Positions 62,078 to 64,000 of a stretch of DNA of 64,000 bases are shown here, piece by piece. The notes beneath the pieces are model-generated. The model ran no database searches, was not told the DNA's origin, and was given only the letters and a program-made list of their open reading frames with translations. The stretch is from Candidatus Omnitrophota bacterium (GTDB lineage Bacteria; Omnitrophota; Omnitrophia; Omnitrophales; Aquincolibacteriaceae). Position 1 is the first letter of the stretch; each line of letters begins with the position of its first letter. The stretch lies in the NCBI GenBank assembly GCA_043803685.1, contig JAZDJU010000031.1, positions 32,001-96,000 of the forward strand. The letters are read 5' to 3'. Both the position numbers and the translations under genes were made by a program.

Positions 62078-63550
62078 TTAGGAATTCGGGACTCCCTGAC
62101 CGCAAGGGTGCAAAAGCGTTTTGAACTTTTTCGGCTTTAAAAAATAATAGTTAACGGGATTGGAATAATCGTACGGCCGCACTTCGATCTGGCGATTGAT
62201 CATCCGGTAGGCCCGGCGCAGATCTTTTTCAGGAAGGTCCGTAAAGTTCAGTATCTTATCATCTTCCACGGAACGCTCCCGTGCCAGGAAATACAAGTGC
62301 GCGACCTCATCCTTGATAATGCCCCGCTTGAGGGCATCGTAATAAAGCGGTGTTCCCGGAAGCGCGGACATATATTTGACCCGCGTCACTTCTTTGAATT
62401 TCCCGCAAAAAGCGACCGTTCTTTTAAGGCTTGCGGCGGTCTCCCCCGGGCCGCCAAGGATAAAGAGCCCGCCAATCTTCAGTCCCGCCTGCCGCGTCAG
62501 CGTGATCGCCTTGATGATCTGGCTTTGGGACACCTTCTTCCTGAAATAATCCAGGATCTTATCGGTGATGGATTCAAACCCGTACATAACGATGTCGCAG
62601 CCGCATTCCCGCATATGACGCAAGATCTTTAGATCGATGCCGTCGACCCGTGTAAAACAGCTCCAGCGAAAGTCGATCCCCTTGAACGCTTCCTCCATTA
62701 ATGTGTGAACGCGGGTCCTGGAGTCAATAAAGGTCAGATCGCTCCACCAGACATAACGGTAGCCGTATTGCTTGAGATGTAGCAGCTCCGCCCGGACCCT
62801 CCCGGGCGACTTGTGACGAAGAAGAGGCATGGCCCTGAAACAGAACGTGCAACGGCCGGGACACCCGCGGCTGGAGGTCATGTAGATCTCTGGGACGATG
62901 CCTGTCTTTTGAACGAGCGGCCAGACTGAAAAGTCCTGGAATGGAACGGCATCGAGATCATGCATTTGGGGCCGCCGGGGATTGATCTGCGTCTTCCCTC
63001 CGGCATCCTTCCAGGCGAGGCCGAGGATATCCTTTGAACCCGGAGCGTTCTTTCTTTTCATCAGAAGATCGAACAATTCGATCGTGGTCAATTCCCCTTC
63101 GCCGATCACGGAATAATCCGCCAACGTTTGATCCATGATCAGGCGCGGCACGGATGTCACCAGAGGACCTCCCAGGATCACGGGCCTCTTGGGATCCTCT
63201 TCCTTGGCGATCTCGATCGCCCGTTTCAAAAAAGGGAAACTGTCTTCATAGGCTGCGGCCATCACGACATCAAAGGGCTTGAACGCCCCTTGCGCCAAAG
63301 CCTCTGGATCAGAATCCTCTCTCTGATCCAGAATCGCCACATCACAACCAAGACCTTTCAGTACCGCTGCAATAATGGACGGACCCTCGAAAGGGGCTTC
63401 GTGCACGAATTCCCATCCGTGAGGAACCACGAAACACGAAGGAGGGACAAGGATCGCTACCTTGATTCGATGTCGCCGTGCGGGAGCGGTCGCGTGGGCG
63501 ATCTTCCACAACCGGCCGTAAGTGGGAGAAGCGTCAGGACGATCGTTCAT
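62078..63550 (-). CDS. B12-binding radical SAM protein
   Basis: ILGGP, GEGE, SRGCPGRCTFC, GFES and LPGT motifs. Confidence 0.9.
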   Translation of the reverse strand: MNDRPDASPTYGRLWKIAHATAPARRHRIKVAILVPPSCFVVPHGWEFVHEAPFEGPSIIAAVLKGLGCDVAILDQREDSDPEALAQGAFKPFDVVMAAAYEDSFPFLKRAIEIAKEEDPKRPVILGGPLVTSVPRLIMDQTLADYSVIGEGELTTIELFDLLMKRKNAPGSKDILGLAWKDAGGKTQINPRRPQMHDLDAVPFQDFSVWPLVQKTGIVPEIYMTSSRGCPGRCTFCFRAMPLLRHKSPGRVRAELLHLKQYGYRYVWWSDLTFIDSRTRVHTLMEEAFKGIDFRWSCFTRVDGIDLKILRHMRECGCDIVMYGFESITDKILDYFRKKVSQSQIIKAITLTRQAGLKIGGLFILGGPGETAASLKRTVAFCGKFKEVTRVKYMSALPGTPLYYDALKRGIIKDEVAHLYFLARERSVEDDKILNFTDLPEKDLRRAYRMINRQIEVRPYDYSNPVNYYFLKPKKFKTLLHPCGQGVPNS

Positions 63551-64000
63551 AAGGATGCTCTGAGGACGACCCAGTGCCAATCCTCAAAAACCTCTCCGTG
63601 GGTCTCTTCGACATAGTGCCATTTCTTATAAGCCGCCGGCGCGCCCGCCACCGCGGCAATGACCTTCCTCCGGACCTCCAGCGATAATTCCGGCGCATGG
63701 TCCATCCACTTCGTGATGGACTCGCGGACCTTCAAGGTCTTCGTCTCCTGGACGCGGAACCCGGCCTCCGTTAATTCCCCGGCAAGCGCCTCGGCCGTAT
63801 AGAACTTCAAAAGAAGCGCCTGCTTCATCCGGTGGATCTCGGCAAGCCACGCCGCATCCTCATCGGAAAATGGGACCGTGAGGCTTACCACAAAGATCCC
63901 TCCGGGGGCCAGGACCCTGGCGATCTCGGCCAGAACTTCTTTCACATTCAAGAATTGGAACGCTTGGCGGCAGACGACCAATCCGAACGCTGCGCTTTCG
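63547..64000 (-). CDS. Class I SAM-dependent methyltransferase (partial; continues beyond the window)
   Basis: VVCRQAFQF and RVLAPGG motifs; paralogous to 59842..60597. Confidence 0.85.
   Translation of the reverse strand, partial: ESAAFGLVVCRQAFQFLNVKEVLAEIARVLAPGGIFVVSLTVPFSDEDAAWLAEIHRMKQALLLKFYTAEALAGELTEAGFRVQETKTLKVRESITKWMDHAPELSLEVRRKVIAAVAGAPAAYKKWHYVEETHGEVFEDWHWVVLRASL

Overview
Bacterial chromosomal window with mostly minus-strand genes. The gene style suggests an uncultured PVC-like lineage such as Ca. Omnitrophota (inference only). Housekeeping genes occupy 1-15 kb: ligA, acylphosphatase, trmH-family and a duplicated SDR, a disrupted tRNA-Pro, and a short dcw block (mraZ-STAS-rsmH-ftsL-ftsI). 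Signalling and transport genes follow at 15-43 kb: a hybrid-kinase/Hpt/response regulator/HD-GYP operon, an HlyD-RbbA-YhhJ-TolC efflux operon, a PP2C phosphatase and a long frameshifted coiled-coil gene. An integrative element of about 12 kb sits at initiator tRNA-Met (43.5-55.4 kb) and carries a large serine recombinase, a replication-relaxation protein, AbiE, a SIR2-NTPase-TPR protein and RelBE. It is followed by decayed accessory DNA, two aldolases and the start of a B12-radical-SAM/methyltransferase cluster. Most notable: (1) the serine recombinase ORF crosses its own att site, and two distal att arms encode a conserved alternative C-terminal tail that would be joined only on excision; (2) tandem and nested ~40-bp hairpin units with unrelated sequences; (3) short GC palindromes inserted into tRNA and att sequences; (4) a SIR2-STAND-like protein with altered catalytic motifs. 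All calls come from motif recognition by eye; no database searches were run.
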